The notes beneath the pieces were generated by a model. It had not been told where the DNA came from and did no database searches. It worked only from the letters and a program-made list of their open reading frames with translations. Both the position numbers and the translations under genes were made by a program. Source: an uncultured Chloroflexia bacterium (GTDB lineage Bacteria > Chloroflexota > Limnocylindria > Limnocylindrales > CSP1-4). Taken from it: 64,000 nt of DNA. Position 1 is the first letter of the stretch. Each line of letters opens with the position of its first letter. Shown piece by piece: positions 28,994 through 38,755 of the stretch. The stretch spans positions 157,231-221,230 of the forward strand of contig CAWFNQ010000001.1 in assembly GCA_963817245.1 (NCBI GenBank), given 5' to 3'.

Positions 28994-30412
28994 ATGCGCT
29001 ACGCCGAGTCCATCCTCGACCTGGTCGGCCACACCCCGCTCGTCCGGATCACGCGGGTGACCCGCGACCTCGGACCCGCCGACCGCCAGCCACTCCTGCT
29101 CGCCAAGCTCGAGATGCTCAACCCGGGCGGCTCGGTGAAGGACCGCATCGGGCTCCCGATGATCGAGGCCGCCGAGGGGGCCGGCCTGCTCAAGCCGGGC
29201 GGGACGATCATCGAGCCCACGTCCGGGAACACGGGCCACGGTCTCGCGATCGCGGCCGCGCTCAAGGGCTATCGCTGCATCTTCGTCATGGCCGACAAGC
29301 AGTCCTCCGAGAAGCAGCAGCTCCTGCGCGCGTACGGCGCCGAGGTCGTCCTCTGCCCGACGAACGTCCCGCCCGAATCGCCCGAGAGCTATTACTCGGT
29401 CGCGGCCCGCCTGGCCCGCGACATCCCCGGCGCCTTCAAGCCCGACCAGTACTGGAACATGGAGAACCCGGCCGCCCACGAGCGGACGACCGGCCCGGAG
29501 ATCTGGGAGGCGACCGAGGGGCGGGTCACCCACTTCGTGGCGAGCGTGGGGACGGGCGGGACGATCTCCGGCGCGGCCCACTATCTGCACTCGCAGCGGC
29601 CCGACATCGTCGTGGTGGGCGCCGACCCGGAGGGCAGCGTGCTCTCCGGAGACACCGCCCGGCCGTACCTGACCGAGGGGGTGGGCGAGGACTTCCTGCC
29701 CGGCACGTACGACGCCGCCAGCGTCGACCGCTGGGTGCGCGTGAGCGACCGCGACGCGTTCGCGATGGCCCGCCGCCTCACCCGTGAGGAGGGGATCCTG
29801 TCGGGCGGCTCGTGCGGGACCGCCATGGTCGCGGCCCGCGAGATCGTCCGCGAGCTGGCGGCCGCGGACGGCGGGCACGACGCGGTCGTGGTCGTGCTCC
29901 TCCCGGACAGCGGGCGGAGCTACCTCTCGAAGATCTACAACGACGAATGGATGCGCGCGAACGCCCTGATGGCGACGACCGGCGCGGTCGTGCGGGTCGG
30001 CGACCTCCTGCGTGACCGGCACCATGCCGGGCCGATCCCCGACCTCGTGCTCGCCCGCACGACGCAGCGAGTCGGCGACGCGATCGCGATCCTCCAGGAG
30101 TATGGGATCAGCCAGCTCCCGGTCTCCGAGCAGCCCGAGGGCGATGCCGTGACGGGCATCGTGGGCTCGATCACCGAGAAGGGGCTGCTCGACCGTGCCT
30201 TCCGCGACCCGACCACCGTCGAGCGGACGGTCGGCGAAGTGATGGACCGACCGCTGCCGATCGTCGACATCGGCGCCAGCCTCGATGAGGCGTTCGCGCT
30301 CCTGTCCGGTGACGCGTCCGCGGTGATCGCCACGAGCGACGGGCGCCCCGTCGGGGTCGTCACGAAGCTCGACCTCCTCGAGTACCTCGCCCACCGCCGG
30401 CCGGGTGCCTGA
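28994..30412 (+). CDS. cbs: Cystathionine beta-synthase (fold-type II PLP domain plus tandem CBS domains)
   Basis: ILDLVGHTPLVRI...LLAKLEMLNPGGSVKDRIGLPMIEAAE..G.LKPGGTIIEPTSGNTGHGLAIAAALKGYRCIFVM. C-terminal CBS pair ...GISQLPV...IVGSITEKGLLD...VIATSDGRPVGVVTKLDLLEYL. Confidence 0.85.
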   Translation: MRYAESILDLVGHTPLVRITRVTRDLGPADRQPLLLAKLEMLNPGGSVKDRIGLPMIEAAEGAGLLKPGGTIIEPTSGNTGHGLAIAAALKGYRCIFVMADKQSSEKQQLLRAYGAEVVLCPTNVPPESPESYYSVAARLARDIPGAFKPDQYWNMENPAAHERTTGPEIWEATEGRVTHFVASVGTGGTISGAAHYLHSQRPDIVVVGADPEGSVLSGDTARPYLTEGVGEDFLPGTYDAASVDRWVRVSDRDAFAMARRLTREEGILSGGSCGTAMVAAREIVRELAAADGGHDAVVVVLLPDSGRSYLSKIYNDEWMRANALMATTGAVVRVGDLLRDRHHAGPIPDLVLARTTQRVGDAIAILQEYGISQLPVSEQPEGDAVTGIVGSITEKGLLDRAFRDPTTVERTVGEVMDRPLPIVDIGASLDEAFALLSGDASAVIATSDGRPVGVVTKLDLLEYLAHRRPGA

Positions 30413-30977
30413 ACCGCTCCGCCTCGTCACCGAGCGCCTCGTGCTGACGCCGTTCGACGCGGCCCAGGACTGGCCGGCCTTCGTCGCGGATCTCGTCCTC
30501 GATCCGGTGGTGACGCGCTACTGGGCGGACTTCGCCGATCCCGCCCTCACCGATGCGGACAAGGAGCGGCTGGCCGCCGACGAGTTCCTGCCCTGGTTCG
30601 ATGATGGTCGGCGGCGCGGGCTCGTGGTCTGGACGCTGCGAACGCCCGACGACGAGTTCGTCGGGGTGAGCGGCCTGACGATCCCCGGGCCCCCGGTCGG
30701 GGGCGAGGATCCCGAATTCGGATGCATGCTGGGCTCACGCTGGCACGGCCGCGGGCTTGCCACCGAGGCGGGCCGCGCCATCCTGGAGGACGCGTGGTCG
30801 CGGCTCGGGCTCGCGCGTGTCATCACGGTGATGGACTCGCCCAACCCGGCGAGTCGGCGGCTCGTGGACAAGCTCGGGTTCCGGTTCGACGAGGTCGTCT
30901 TCGACGAGGAGCGACGGCCGTTCATCCGGTTCGTCGTGGAGCCCGACGCGGACCCGTCCGCGACCGCGCCAGCCTGA
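30405..30977 (+). CDS. GNAT family N-acetyltransferase (RimJ/RimL-like)
   Basis: LVTERLVLTPFD...GCMLGSRWHGRGLATEAGRAILEDAWSRLGLARVITVMDSPNPASRRLVDKLGFRF. The GTG start overlaps the cbs end by 8 nt. Confidence 0.75.
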   Translation: MPEPLRLVTERLVLTPFDAAQDWPAFVADLVLDPVVTRYWADFADPALTDADKERLAADEFLPWFDDGRRRGLVVWTLRTPDDEFVGVSGLTIPGPPVGGEDPEFGCMLGSRWHGRGLATEAGRAILEDAWSRLGLARVITVMDSPNPASRRLVDKLGFRFDEVVFDEERRPFIRFVVEPDADPSATAPA

Positions 30978-31040
30978 CACCGGCCGATCGGTCGGCCGAA
31001 GCCACCCCGGGTGCGGGGTGCCGAGGTCCGGGCGCCGAGA

Positions 31041-31247
31041 TCAGACGTTCCCGAGGATCAGCCGACGCAGTCGCAGCCGTGCCACGATCCGCGTCACCCG
31101 GCTCTCACTCTGGCGCTCCGTCGGCGCCTCGGGCTCGTCGGGTCGCTCGTGCGACCGACGCCGACGCCACTCGTCGGCGCGCCGTCGGTCGGCCTCGACC
31201 AACGCTGTCGCGAGGAACACGTGATGGTTGTTGCCCAAGCCGTTCAT
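31041..31247 (-). CDS. Small basic protein of unknown function (68 aa)
   Basis: AGGAGG lies 6 nt upstream of the ATG at 31247. Sequence: MNGLGNNHHVFLATALVEADRRRADEWRRRRSHERPDEPEAPTERQ.... No family recognised. Confidence 0.45.
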   Translation of the reverse strand: MNGLGNNHHVFLATALVEADRRRADEWRRRRSHERPDEPEAPTERQSESRVTRIVARLRLRRLILGNV

Positions 31248-31389
31248 GTCGGACCTCCTGGTTCCCGGGACCACGCCCGCGCTGTACCAGGAGGGTGCCG
31301 CGGGCGGCCCGAGCCGCCATCGGGCGACGCCTTATCGGCGCGGGTGGCGCTGCCTCATTTCGCGGTCGGCGTCGCGAGGACGTCCGACC

Positions 31390-32469
31390 CTACAGCCAGG
31401 GCAGCGTGACCGGCAGCAGCACGTTCAGCAGCAGTCCGAGCGTGAACAGCCCGCCGGCCCGTCGGGTGTGGATGAACGCCCAACCGACGAACCACAGCGG
31501 CCAGCCGCGCTCCGGGTAGCCGGGCGGTGGCCCGGCCGGCTTCGGCTGCCCGAAGACCTTCAGGACGCTCAACAGTCGCGGGATGCCGAGCGCGACGAGC
31601 AGGACCCACGGTCCGACGAGCCCGACCGCCACGATCAGCAGCGTCAGCGGATAGAACGAGATCATCAGCCACGAGCCGACGACCCGGGCGCGTGCCTCGC
31701 CGAGGATGACCGGGAGGGTCCGGACCCCGAGCTTGGTGTCGGCCTCGATCTTGTCGATGTGCTTGCCGAACAGCACCGCGGTCACGATGAGCGCGTACGG
31801 CACCGACGCGAGCAGGACCCAGCCAGGGACGACGCCCGTCGCCGCCAGGAACGTGCCGCCGACCATCAGCGGACCCCAGACGATGAAGACGCCAGGCTCA
31901 CCCAGGCCGTGGTACTTGAGCCGGATCGGTGGCGCGACGTAGAAGACCGAGACGAACAGGCCGGCGAGCGCGAACCCGAGGATCCACGGGCCGCGGACGG
32001 CGGTGAGATACAGCATGATCGCCGCGTCGATGACGTTGATCGTGAGGATCGCGGCCGTCAGCTGGCGCTTGGTCACCCAGCCCGACAGGATCGGGTGGGG
32101 CGCGTACAGCGCGCGGACATAGTCCTCGGTGTCGATGCCGCCGGTCGTGTCGAAGTAGTCGTTGATCATGTTGTTGGCGGCATGGGCCAGGACGAGGCCG
32201 ACGACCGACAGCGTGAGCAGGCCGTAGTCCACCGTCACGCCGAGCGACGGCGCGGCCGCGATGGCGAGCAGACCGCCGATGAGCCCCGACCAGATGGTCA
32301 TCGGGAAGACGGCCGCCCGGGTGATCACCAGCCACTTGCCGACCGTGTCGAGCGGGCGCGACTCGGGCGGATTGGCGGTCTCGAGGATCTCCTTCCAGCC
32401 AAGGAGACGGTCGCGCAGCGAGATAGGGGTGGGCGGGCTGGTGGTGGCGTCGTTGGCGGCGGTGCGCAT
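31390..32469 (-). CDS. UbiA family prenyltransferase (MenA-like)
   Basis: Multi-TM protein with LAHAANNMINDYFDTTGGIDTED (NxxxDxxxD-type motif) and a second Asp-rich region ...FGKHIDKIEADTKLGVRTLPV. GGGGAG lies upstream of the ATG at 32469. Confidence 0.75.
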   Translation of the reverse strand: MRTAANDATTSPPTPISLRDRLLGWKEILETANPPESRPLDTVGKWLVITRAAVFPMTIWSGLIGGLLAIAAAPSLGVTVDYGLLTLSVVGLVLAHAANNMINDYFDTTGGIDTEDYVRALYAPHPILSGWVTKRQLTAAILTINVIDAAIMLYLTAVRGPWILGFALAGLFVSVFYVAPPIRLKYHGLGEPGVFIVWGPLMVGGTFLAATGVVPGWVLLASVPYALIVTAVLFGKHIDKIEADTKLGVRTLPVILGEARARVVGSWLMISFYPLTLLIVAVGLVGPWVLLVALGIPRLLSVLKVFGQPKPAGPPPGYPERGWPLWFVGWAFIHTRRAGGLFTLGLLLNVLLPVTLPWL

Positions 32470-32491
32470 CTGGGCTCCCCGTGTCTGGAAA

Positions 32492-32535
32492 AACGTGCGT
32501 CTTGAATGTATCACGTTCTATCCGGGATACGTGAT
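32492..32535. promoter_or_regulatory. Three ACGTG/CACGT half-sites forming two overlapping inverted repeats in the UbiA/GNAT divergent spacer (operator candidates)
   Basis: AACGTG (32492-32497) / CACGTT (32513-32518) form one inverted repeat. ATCACGT (32510-32516) / ACGTGAT (32529-32535) form the other. The spacer is locally AT-richer. Confidence 0.3.
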
Positions 32536-32563
32536 CGGGACTGCGGCGGATGCGTGGGATGCC

Positions 32564-33133
32564 ATGATGGCCGGCGTGTCCGAGGTGCCGACCATCCCGA
32601 CCCCCCGGTTCGAGCTCGTCAGCATGTCCGTGCCGTTCATGCAGGCGCTGCTCCAGCGCGACCTCGGGGCCGCGGCCGTCGAGATCGGCGCGGGCGTTCC
32701 GGCGGACCTCCCGGATCGGCTCGACGGGTTCCTCCAATTCCGGATCGCCGATCTGGCACTCGACCCCGAGGCCCAGCCGTGGCTCGGCCGGGCGATCGTG
32801 CTGACCGACGAGGACCCGCCGGCCCGTCGCTGGATCATCGGATCGGTCGGGTTCCACGCCCCGCCCGGGCCCGACGGCCGGGTCGAGGTGGGTTATCACG
32901 TCGAGCCCGAGTACCGCCGACGCGGGGTGGCCACCGAGGCCATCGGCGCCCTGTTCGACTGGGCGGCGCGCGAACACGGCGTCACCCGATTCCGGGCGTC
33001 GATCGCACCCGACAACGCGGCGTCTCTTGCGGTCGTGGCCCATTTCGGGTTCCGGCAGACGGGCGTGCAACTCGACGACGTCGACGGCAAGGAGCTGGTC
33101 TTCGACCTCGACGACTGGACCGCCACGCCCTGA
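32564..33133 (+). CDS. GNAT family N-acetyltransferase
   Basis: PRFELVSMSVPFMQALL...GSVGFHAPPGPDGRVEVGYHVEPEYRRRGVATEAIGALFDWAAREHGVTRFRASIAPDNAASLAVVAHFGF. An alternative GTG start lies at 32531. Confidence 0.7.
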   Translation: MMAGVSEVPTIPTPRFELVSMSVPFMQALLQRDLGAAAVEIGAGVPADLPDRLDGFLQFRIADLALDPEAQPWLGRAIVLTDEDPPARRWIIGSVGFHAPPGPDGRVEVGYHVEPEYRRRGVATEAIGALFDWAAREHGVTRFRASIAPDNAASLAVVAHFGFRQTGVQLDDVDGKELVFDLDDWTATP

Positions 33134-33149
33134 TGACGGCGGTGCCATC

Positions 33150-34322
33150 ATGGCCGCCATGCCCGAGCACCCGACCGACGCCGACCGACCGGCGAGCCTC
33201 GAGACGCTCGCCGTCCACGCCGGCGCCGAGCCCGACGAACTGACCGGCGCGGTCGCGCCGCCGATCTACCAGACGAGCACCTACGCGCAGGACGGCGTCG
33301 GCCGGCCGCGACGCGGCTACGAGTACGCGCGGTCGCAGAACCCGACGCGCGAGCGGCTCGAGCGGGCCGTCGCCGCGCTCGAGGGCGGGACGTACGGGAT
33401 CGCGTTCGCGTCCGGATCGGCGGTGACCGCGGCGCTCGCCGAGCTGGCCGAGCCGGGCGACGAGGTCGTGGCCGGCGACGACCTGTACGGCGGGACGTTC
33501 CGATACCTGGAACGGGTGCGCCGCGGCGCCGGCGTGGACACCCGCTACGCCGACCTCGCGGCCGGTCCCGATGTCCTCTGGGAAGCGCTCTCGGAGCGGA
33601 CGCGTCTCGTCTGGTTCGAGACGCCCTCGAACCCGCACCTGAAGGTCGTCGACATCGCGGCCGTCGTCGATACCGTGCGACGACGGGCGGCCGAGGGAGG
33701 CCGTCGGCCATTGGTCGTGGTCGACAACACGTTCGCCACCCCGGCCCTGCAACGGCCGCTCGCGCTCGGGGCCGACGTCGTCTTCCATTCCGCGACGAAG
33801 TACCTCGCCGGCCACTCCGACACGATCCTGGGCGTGGCGGTGACCTCGGATCAGGCGATCGGGGAGCGGCTGCGCTTCCTGCAGAACGCGATGGGGGCCG
33901 TGCCCGGTCCGCTCGACTGCTTCCTCGTGCTGCGCGGCCTGCGGACCCTGCACCTGCGCATGGAACGCCACGGGTCGAATGCGCAGCGCGTCGCCACGTT
34001 CTTGCGAGGACGCCCGGACGTGGCCGCGGTCGAGTACCCGGGCCTGGGCGGGATGGTCTCGTTCGTGCCGGCCGCCGGTGGCGCGCATGGCCGCGCGCCA
34101 GCCGATCGCGCGGCCGCGTTCGCGGAGGCGACCCACTGGTTCACGCTCGCCGAATCCCTCGGCGGGGTCGAATCCCTCGTCGAGATCCCCGCGGCGATGA
34201 CGCACACCTCGGTCGCCGGATCCGCGCTGGAGGTGGATCCCTCGCTCGTTCGGCTCTCGGTCGGCATCGAGGGCGTCGACGACCTGCTCGCCGACCTCGC
34301 GCAGGCGCTCGACCGCGCCTAG
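33150..34322 (+). CDS. Cys/Met-metabolism PLP enzyme, cystathionine gamma-lyase/gamma-synthase family
   Basis: ETLAVHAG...PPIYQTSTY...YEYARSQNPTRERLERAVAALEGG.YGIAFASGSAV...DNTFATPALQRPLALGADVVFHSATKYLAGHSD...ESLGGVESLVEIPAAMTH. Confidence 0.85.
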   Translation: MAAMPEHPTDADRPASLETLAVHAGAEPDELTGAVAPPIYQTSTYAQDGVGRPRRGYEYARSQNPTRERLERAVAALEGGTYGIAFASGSAVTAALAELAEPGDEVVAGDDLYGGTFRYLERVRRGAGVDTRYADLAAGPDVLWEALSERTRLVWFETPSNPHLKVVDIAAVVDTVRRRAAEGGRRPLVVVDNTFATPALQRPLALGADVVFHSATKYLAGHSDTILGVAVTSDQAIGERLRFLQNAMGAVPGPLDCFLVLRGLRTLHLRMERHGSNAQRVATFLRGRPDVAAVEYPGLGGMVSFVPAAGGAHGRAPADRAAAFAEATHWFTLAESLGGVESLVEIPAAMTHTSVAGSALEVDPSLVRLSVGIEGVDDLLADLAQALDRA

Positions 34323-35538
34323 GCCAGCCCGAACCGCTCGATCGCGGTCGCGGCGAGCATGCGACCGATCGCCAGGCTCGAGGTGGCCGCCGGTGAGGGG
34401 GCATTGCGGACGTGGAGGAGCCGGCCGCTGCCGCCGAGGCTGAAGTCGTCGACCATCGTCCCGTCGTACCCGACGGCCTGGGCACGCACGCCCGAGGGTC
34501 CGAACCGGACCTGATCCGCCCGCAGGTCGGGCAGGTAGCGCTGCATCTCGTGGACGTAGGCGCGCTTGGAGAGGTCGCGCCACATCTCGGCGGCGCCCAT
34601 CCGCCAGAACCGGGCCGCGAGTCGCTGGAAGCCGCGGTACCTGAGCGTGCCGGCGAGGTCGCGCAGGTCGATGTCCGTGCGCTTGTAGCCCTCGCGCGCG
34701 AGCGCGAGGACGGCGTTCGGGCCGGCCCACACCGCACCGTCGTGGCGCGGCGTGAAATGCACGCCGAGGAATGGGAATCGAGGGTCGGGGACCGGGTAGA
34801 GGAGCCGGGTGACGAGCGAGCGGGCGTCGGGCGAGAGCGTGTAGTAGTCGCCGCGGAACGGGACGATCCGCGGGACCTCGCGACCGACATCCCCGGTCAT
34901 CGCCGCCACGCGGTCGGCGTGGAGCCCGGCGCAGGCGATGACGTCGCGCGCCAGCGAGGTCGCCGGCGCTCGTGGTCAGGACGATCCCGTCGCTCCGCTC
35001 CTGGATCGCGGTGACGTCACGGCTCGTGTGGATGACGGCCCCGGCCGCCCGCAGGTCATCGGCGAAGGCGAGCGCCACGGCGCGGAAATCGACGATCCCC
35101 GTCCGCGGCGACCAGAGGCCGCGCAGGCCCGCCGCCTTCGGCTCGAGCTCGCGGATCCGCTCCGGCCCGACGTCCTCGAGGCCGTCCACGCCGTTCGCGG
35201 TGGCCCGTGCCCGGATGTCGGCCAGGCGGGGGAGCTCGTCCTCGGTCAGCGCGACGACGAGCTTGCCCGGGTAGCGGATGGGGATCCCGTGCGTCTCGGC
35301 ATAGGTCTCGAGCGCCGCCTTGCCCTCCCGGCAGAGCGTCGCCTTGAGCGACCCCGGCGCGTAGTACAGGCCCGCGTGGACGACGCCCGGAGTTGTGCCC
35401 CGATTGGTGGGTGGCGAGCGCCGGCTCCTTCTCGACGATCACGATCCGGAGCCCGGGTCGTGCCTCGAGCAGACGAAGCCCCGTCGCGAGGCCGACGATC
35501 CCGCCGCCGATGATCGCGACGTCCGCTCGCTCGGTCAT
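34319..35538 (-). pseudogene. lhgO: L-2-hydroxyglutarate oxidase-like FAD-dependent oxidoreductase, 2 frameshifts (near 35386 and 34955)
   Basis: MTERADVAIIGGGIVGLATGLRLLE...HQSGHNSG | VVHAGLYYAPGSLKATLCREG... | ...VAAMTGDVGREVPRIVPFRGDYY...LLHVRNAPSPAATSSLAIG. The first switch is at a GGG run. Confidence 0.75.
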
Positions 35539-35641
35539 GCCGTGAACCGTACCGTGCGTCGAGCGGCCTCGTCGTCCACGTCCGGAGGAGTCGGGTCGGG
35601 ACGACGAGGCCGTCGGCGGGATCGGCGGATACCGGTAAGCG

Positions 35642-36682
35642 TTACGAGGATGCGGTCGAGGGCGCCGGCTCCAGTCCGTGTTCGGCAGGGTCGAGTCGAC
35701 CGCGCTCGAGCAAGTCGCGATAGATGGTGACGCTCTCCCCGATCCCGTCGACCAGCGAGGTGGTCGGGAGGGGGCCGAGGACATCGATCCCGTCATGGTC
35801 GATGTCGGAGGGGAATGGCAGGTCCACCGGCTCGAATCCGATCCACCCCGACGCGCCAGGCACGACCGTCTCGATGGCCTCGGCCAGGGCGGCACCATCG
35901 GCCACCACCCCCGGCAGGTTGAACACGTGGGCACCATCGAGGCCACCGCGACTCGCCGCGATCAGGGTGGCCGCGACGTCAGGGGCGTACTGGTACATCG
36001 TCGGGCCGCGGAACGGGACCGTGTACGACCGGCCGAGGACGGCGGCCACGATGGCCTTCGTGGGGCCGCTGGTCATGCCCTGGTCGCGCCCGACCCCGTA
36101 GACGGTCAGGGGCCGGATCCCGACACTGGCGATGCCGTCGTCGAGCCAGTAGACGCGGGCGCTGCCCTCATTGGCCTGCTTGAAGACGCCGTAGTGGTTG
36201 ATCGGGTGGGCGGGCGCGGCCGGGTGCAGTCGGCCGGTGGCCGGGTCGGCGTCCTCGAGTGAGAACATCCCGATCGAGCTCGTATACGCGACCGGCGCCA
36301 TCGGCCGCTCGCGGCCCACTTGCTTGACCGCCTCGAAGACGTTGATGGTGCCGAGCACGTTGACCAGCGCCCCACGGGGCGGGTCGGCGCGACAGAACGG
36401 GACCTGGAGGGCGGCGAGGTGGATGACGTGGTCGATCCCGCGTGTGTCGATCGCGGCGGTCAGCGCGACCGGGTCGGTGATGTCGCCCTCGATCAGTTCG
36501 ACGGTCGCCAGCTCCTCGTCGGTCAGGAGCAGCCGCAGCCGACGCGCATCGCGGCCGAGGTCGAACGCGGTCACGTGGGCCCCCTCGCGAACGAGCGCGC
36601 GGACCGTCCATGCCCCGATGCAGCCCAGGGCGCCGGTCACCAGGAAGTGCTCCGCGCCGGCCGCGCCGCGTCCGCTGGTCAT
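35642..36682 (-). CDS. NAD-dependent epimerase/dehydratase family protein (extended SDR)
   Basis: FLVTGALGCIGAWTVRAL (GxxGxxG) and YGVFKQANE (YxxxK). Its ATG overlaps the FAH stop (ATGA, 36679-36682). Confidence 0.8.
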   Translation of the reverse strand: MTSGRGAAGAEHFLVTGALGCIGAWTVRALVREGAHVTAFDLGRDARRLRLLLTDEELATVELIEGDITDPVALTAAIDTRGIDHVIHLAALQVPFCRADPPRGALVNVLGTINVFEAVKQVGRERPMAPVAYTSSIGMFSLEDADPATGRLHPAAPAHPINHYGVFKQANEGSARVYWLDDGIASVGIRPLTVYGVGRDQGMTSGPTKAIVAAVLGRSYTVPFRGPTMYQYAPDVAATLIAASRGGLDGAHVFNLPGVVADGAALAEAIETVVPGASGWIGFEPVDLPFPSDIDHDGIDVLGPLPTTSLVDGIGESVTIYRDLLERGRLDPAEHGLEPAPSTASS

Positions 36683-37581
36683 ACGGTCGCCACGCCGGCC
36701 TCGGCGCGGCAGGTGTTGCGGAGCCGGCCGATCCGCTCGATCTCCACGACCACCTCCTCGCCGTCGCTCAGGAGCCGCGGCGGGTCGCGGAAGATGCCCA
36801 CGCCGGCGGGCGTACCGGTGGCGATCACGTCGCCCGGCTCCAGCGTGAACGCCTGCGAGCAGTGGCTGATGATCTGGGCCACGCTGAAGTACATCTGGGA
36901 GGTCCGCGCGTCCTGCAGGAGCTCCCCGTCGACGTGGCACGAGATGGCGAGGTCCTGCGGGTCGGGGATCTCGTCGGTCGTGACGAGCACCGGGCCCATG
37001 GGGCAGAAGGTGTCGAGCGACTTGCCACGGGTCCATTGCCCATCGCCGAACTGGAGGTCGCGGGCCGACACGTCGTTGAGGCACGTATACCCGAGGACGT
37101 GCTCCAGCGCGTCATCCACGGCAACGTATCGCGCGGTCCGGCCGATCACCACGGCCAGCTCGGCCTCGTAGTCCACCTGGGACGTGAGCGCCGGGTCCCA
37201 GCGGATGACCTCGTCAGGTCCGATGACGCTCGACGGCCACTTGCTGAAGATCAGGGGGGCGGCAGGCACGTCCACGCCCTCCTCATCGGCGTGCTCCCGG
37301 TAGTTGCGGCCGATCGCCACGATCTTCCCCGGTCGCGGGACGGGCGCCAGCAGGACCGCGTCGGACAGCGCCCGGCCGGCGGCGACACGTGCGGGATGGG
37401 CGACGGCCCGGAGCGCATCCACGCCAAGGGACCCGCGCGCCAGCAGTTCGCCGATCGTCGACGGGCCGCCGGGCAGCAGGTCGGTCGCGGGGAGCCATCC
37501 ATCGCCGGCGGTGACGCCCAGCGATGCCCGACCATCATCGTCGTGATAGGAGATCAGACGCACCGACGACCCTTCACCCAC
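36679..37581 (-). CDS. Fumarylacetoacetate hydrolase (FAH) family protein; candidate 2,4-diketo-3-deoxy-L-fuconate hydrolase
   Basis: KIVAIGRNYREHADEEG...PLIFSKWPSSVIGPDEVIRWDP...VDYEAELAVVIGR...GYTCLNDVSARDLQ...W.RGKSLDTFCPMGP...TLEPGDVIATGTPAGVG. The substrate assignment rests on context only. Confidence 0.8.
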   Translation of the reverse strand: MGEGSSVRLISYHDDDGRASLGVTAGDGWLPATDLLPGGPSTIGELLARGSLGVDALRAVAHPARVAAGRALSDAVLLAPVPRPGKIVAIGRNYREHADEEGVDVPAAPLIFSKWPSSVIGPDEVIRWDPALTSQVDYEAELAVVIGRTARYVAVDDALEHVLGYTCLNDVSARDLQFGDGQWTRGKSLDTFCPMGPVLVTTDEIPDPQDLAISCHVDGELLQDARTSQMYFSVAQIISHCSQAFTLEPGDVIATGTPAGVGIFRDPPRLLSDGEEVVVEIERIGRLRNTCRAEAGVATV

Positions 37582-37634
37582 GCGGGCTCGCGGGCGGCGC
37601 GCGGTGCATCATGGGACACGAGGGCGTCTCCTGT

Positions 37635-37646
37635 TCAGTATACTGA
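37635..37646. promoter_or_regulatory. Perfect 12-bp palindrome TCAGTATACTGA in the FAH/AKR divergent spacer (candidate IclR operator)
   Basis: Seen at 37635-37646. A near-identical GTTCAGTATGCTGGAC occurs at 40528-40543, upstream of the ABC transporter genes. Confidence 0.45.
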
Positions 37647-37725
37647 CCCGCGGACGACGGATTGAACGATACGCCGCCGCCGACCGCGTCGTCAACCATC
37701 CGACCGCGCTGGAGGTCAGCCCGCG

Positions 37726-38755
37726 ATGCCGTTCGAGCCGACCGAGCGCGTCCCCGTCGGTTCGAGCGGCGTGACGGTGACCCAGCTCGGATTCGGATGT
37801 GCGCCCATCGGCGGGCTCTTCCGTGCGGTCACGGATGCCGATGCGGCCGACGTGCTCGATCGCGCCTGGGCGCTAGGCATCCGGTACTTCGACGTGGCGC
37901 CCCTGTACGGCTACGGCGCGGCCGAGCGACGCCTCGGCCGCGCCCTGCAAGGGCGGCCCCGCGACGGATTCGCGGTCTCCACGAAGGTCGGCCGGCTCGT
38001 CCGGACCGCCGACACCATCGGGCCGGGCGCGGACGTCGATCGCCAGGCGTGGGGCGGTCGCCCCGACGCCTTCTACGCGGATGTCGGTGACCGGCGCATG
38101 GTCTTCGACTACTCCGGGGACGGCGTGCGCCGGTCCATCGAGGAGAGCCTCGAGCGACTGGGGCTGGATCGCATCGATATCGTGTTCATCCACGACCCCG
38201 ACGAGCACTGGCAGGTGGCGCTCGAGGAGGCGTACCCAGCACTGCACCGACTTCGCGAGACCGGCGTCGTGGGCGCCATCGGCGTCGGCATGAACCAGTC
38301 GGCGATGCTCGCGCGCTTCGCGGACGCCACCGATCCCGACGTATTCCTCCTGGCCGGCCGCTACACCCTCTTCGACCAGGACGCGCTGACGACCCTCCTG
38401 CCTGCGTGTGAGGAGCGCGGGATCGCGGTCCTCGTGGGCGGGGTGATGAACAGCGGGCTACTGGCCGATCCGCGAGCCGGGGACCCACCTGGACTACGCC
38501 CCCGCCGACGCCCAGGCCGTCGCCCGCGCCCGCCGGCTCGGCGAGGTCTGCGAGCGGCACGGCGTCTCGCTCCGGGCGGCCGCGATGCAGTTCCCGCTCG
38601 CGCATCCGGCGGTGCGCGGGTTGATCGCCGGGGTCCGTCGGGTGGAGCACCTCGAGGAGTACCCGGCGTTCCTCCGGCAGGCCATCCCGCCGGCCCTGTG
38701 GGAGGACCTCCGAGACGAGGGATGGCTGTCGCCGGATGCGCCGGTACCGGCATGA
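37726..38755 (+). pseudogene. Aldo/keto reductase; candidate L-fucose (D-threo-aldose) 1-dehydrogenase; one frameshift at the GGGG run 38479-38482
   Basis: GFGCAPIGGLF...LDRAWALGIRYFDVAPLYGYGAAERRLGRAL...STKVGR...LERLGLDRIDIVFIHDPD. The C-terminal THLDYAPADAQAVARARRLGEVCERHGVSLRAAAMQFPLAHPAV... is in the next frame. GGAGG lies upstream of the ATG. Confidence 0.8.
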
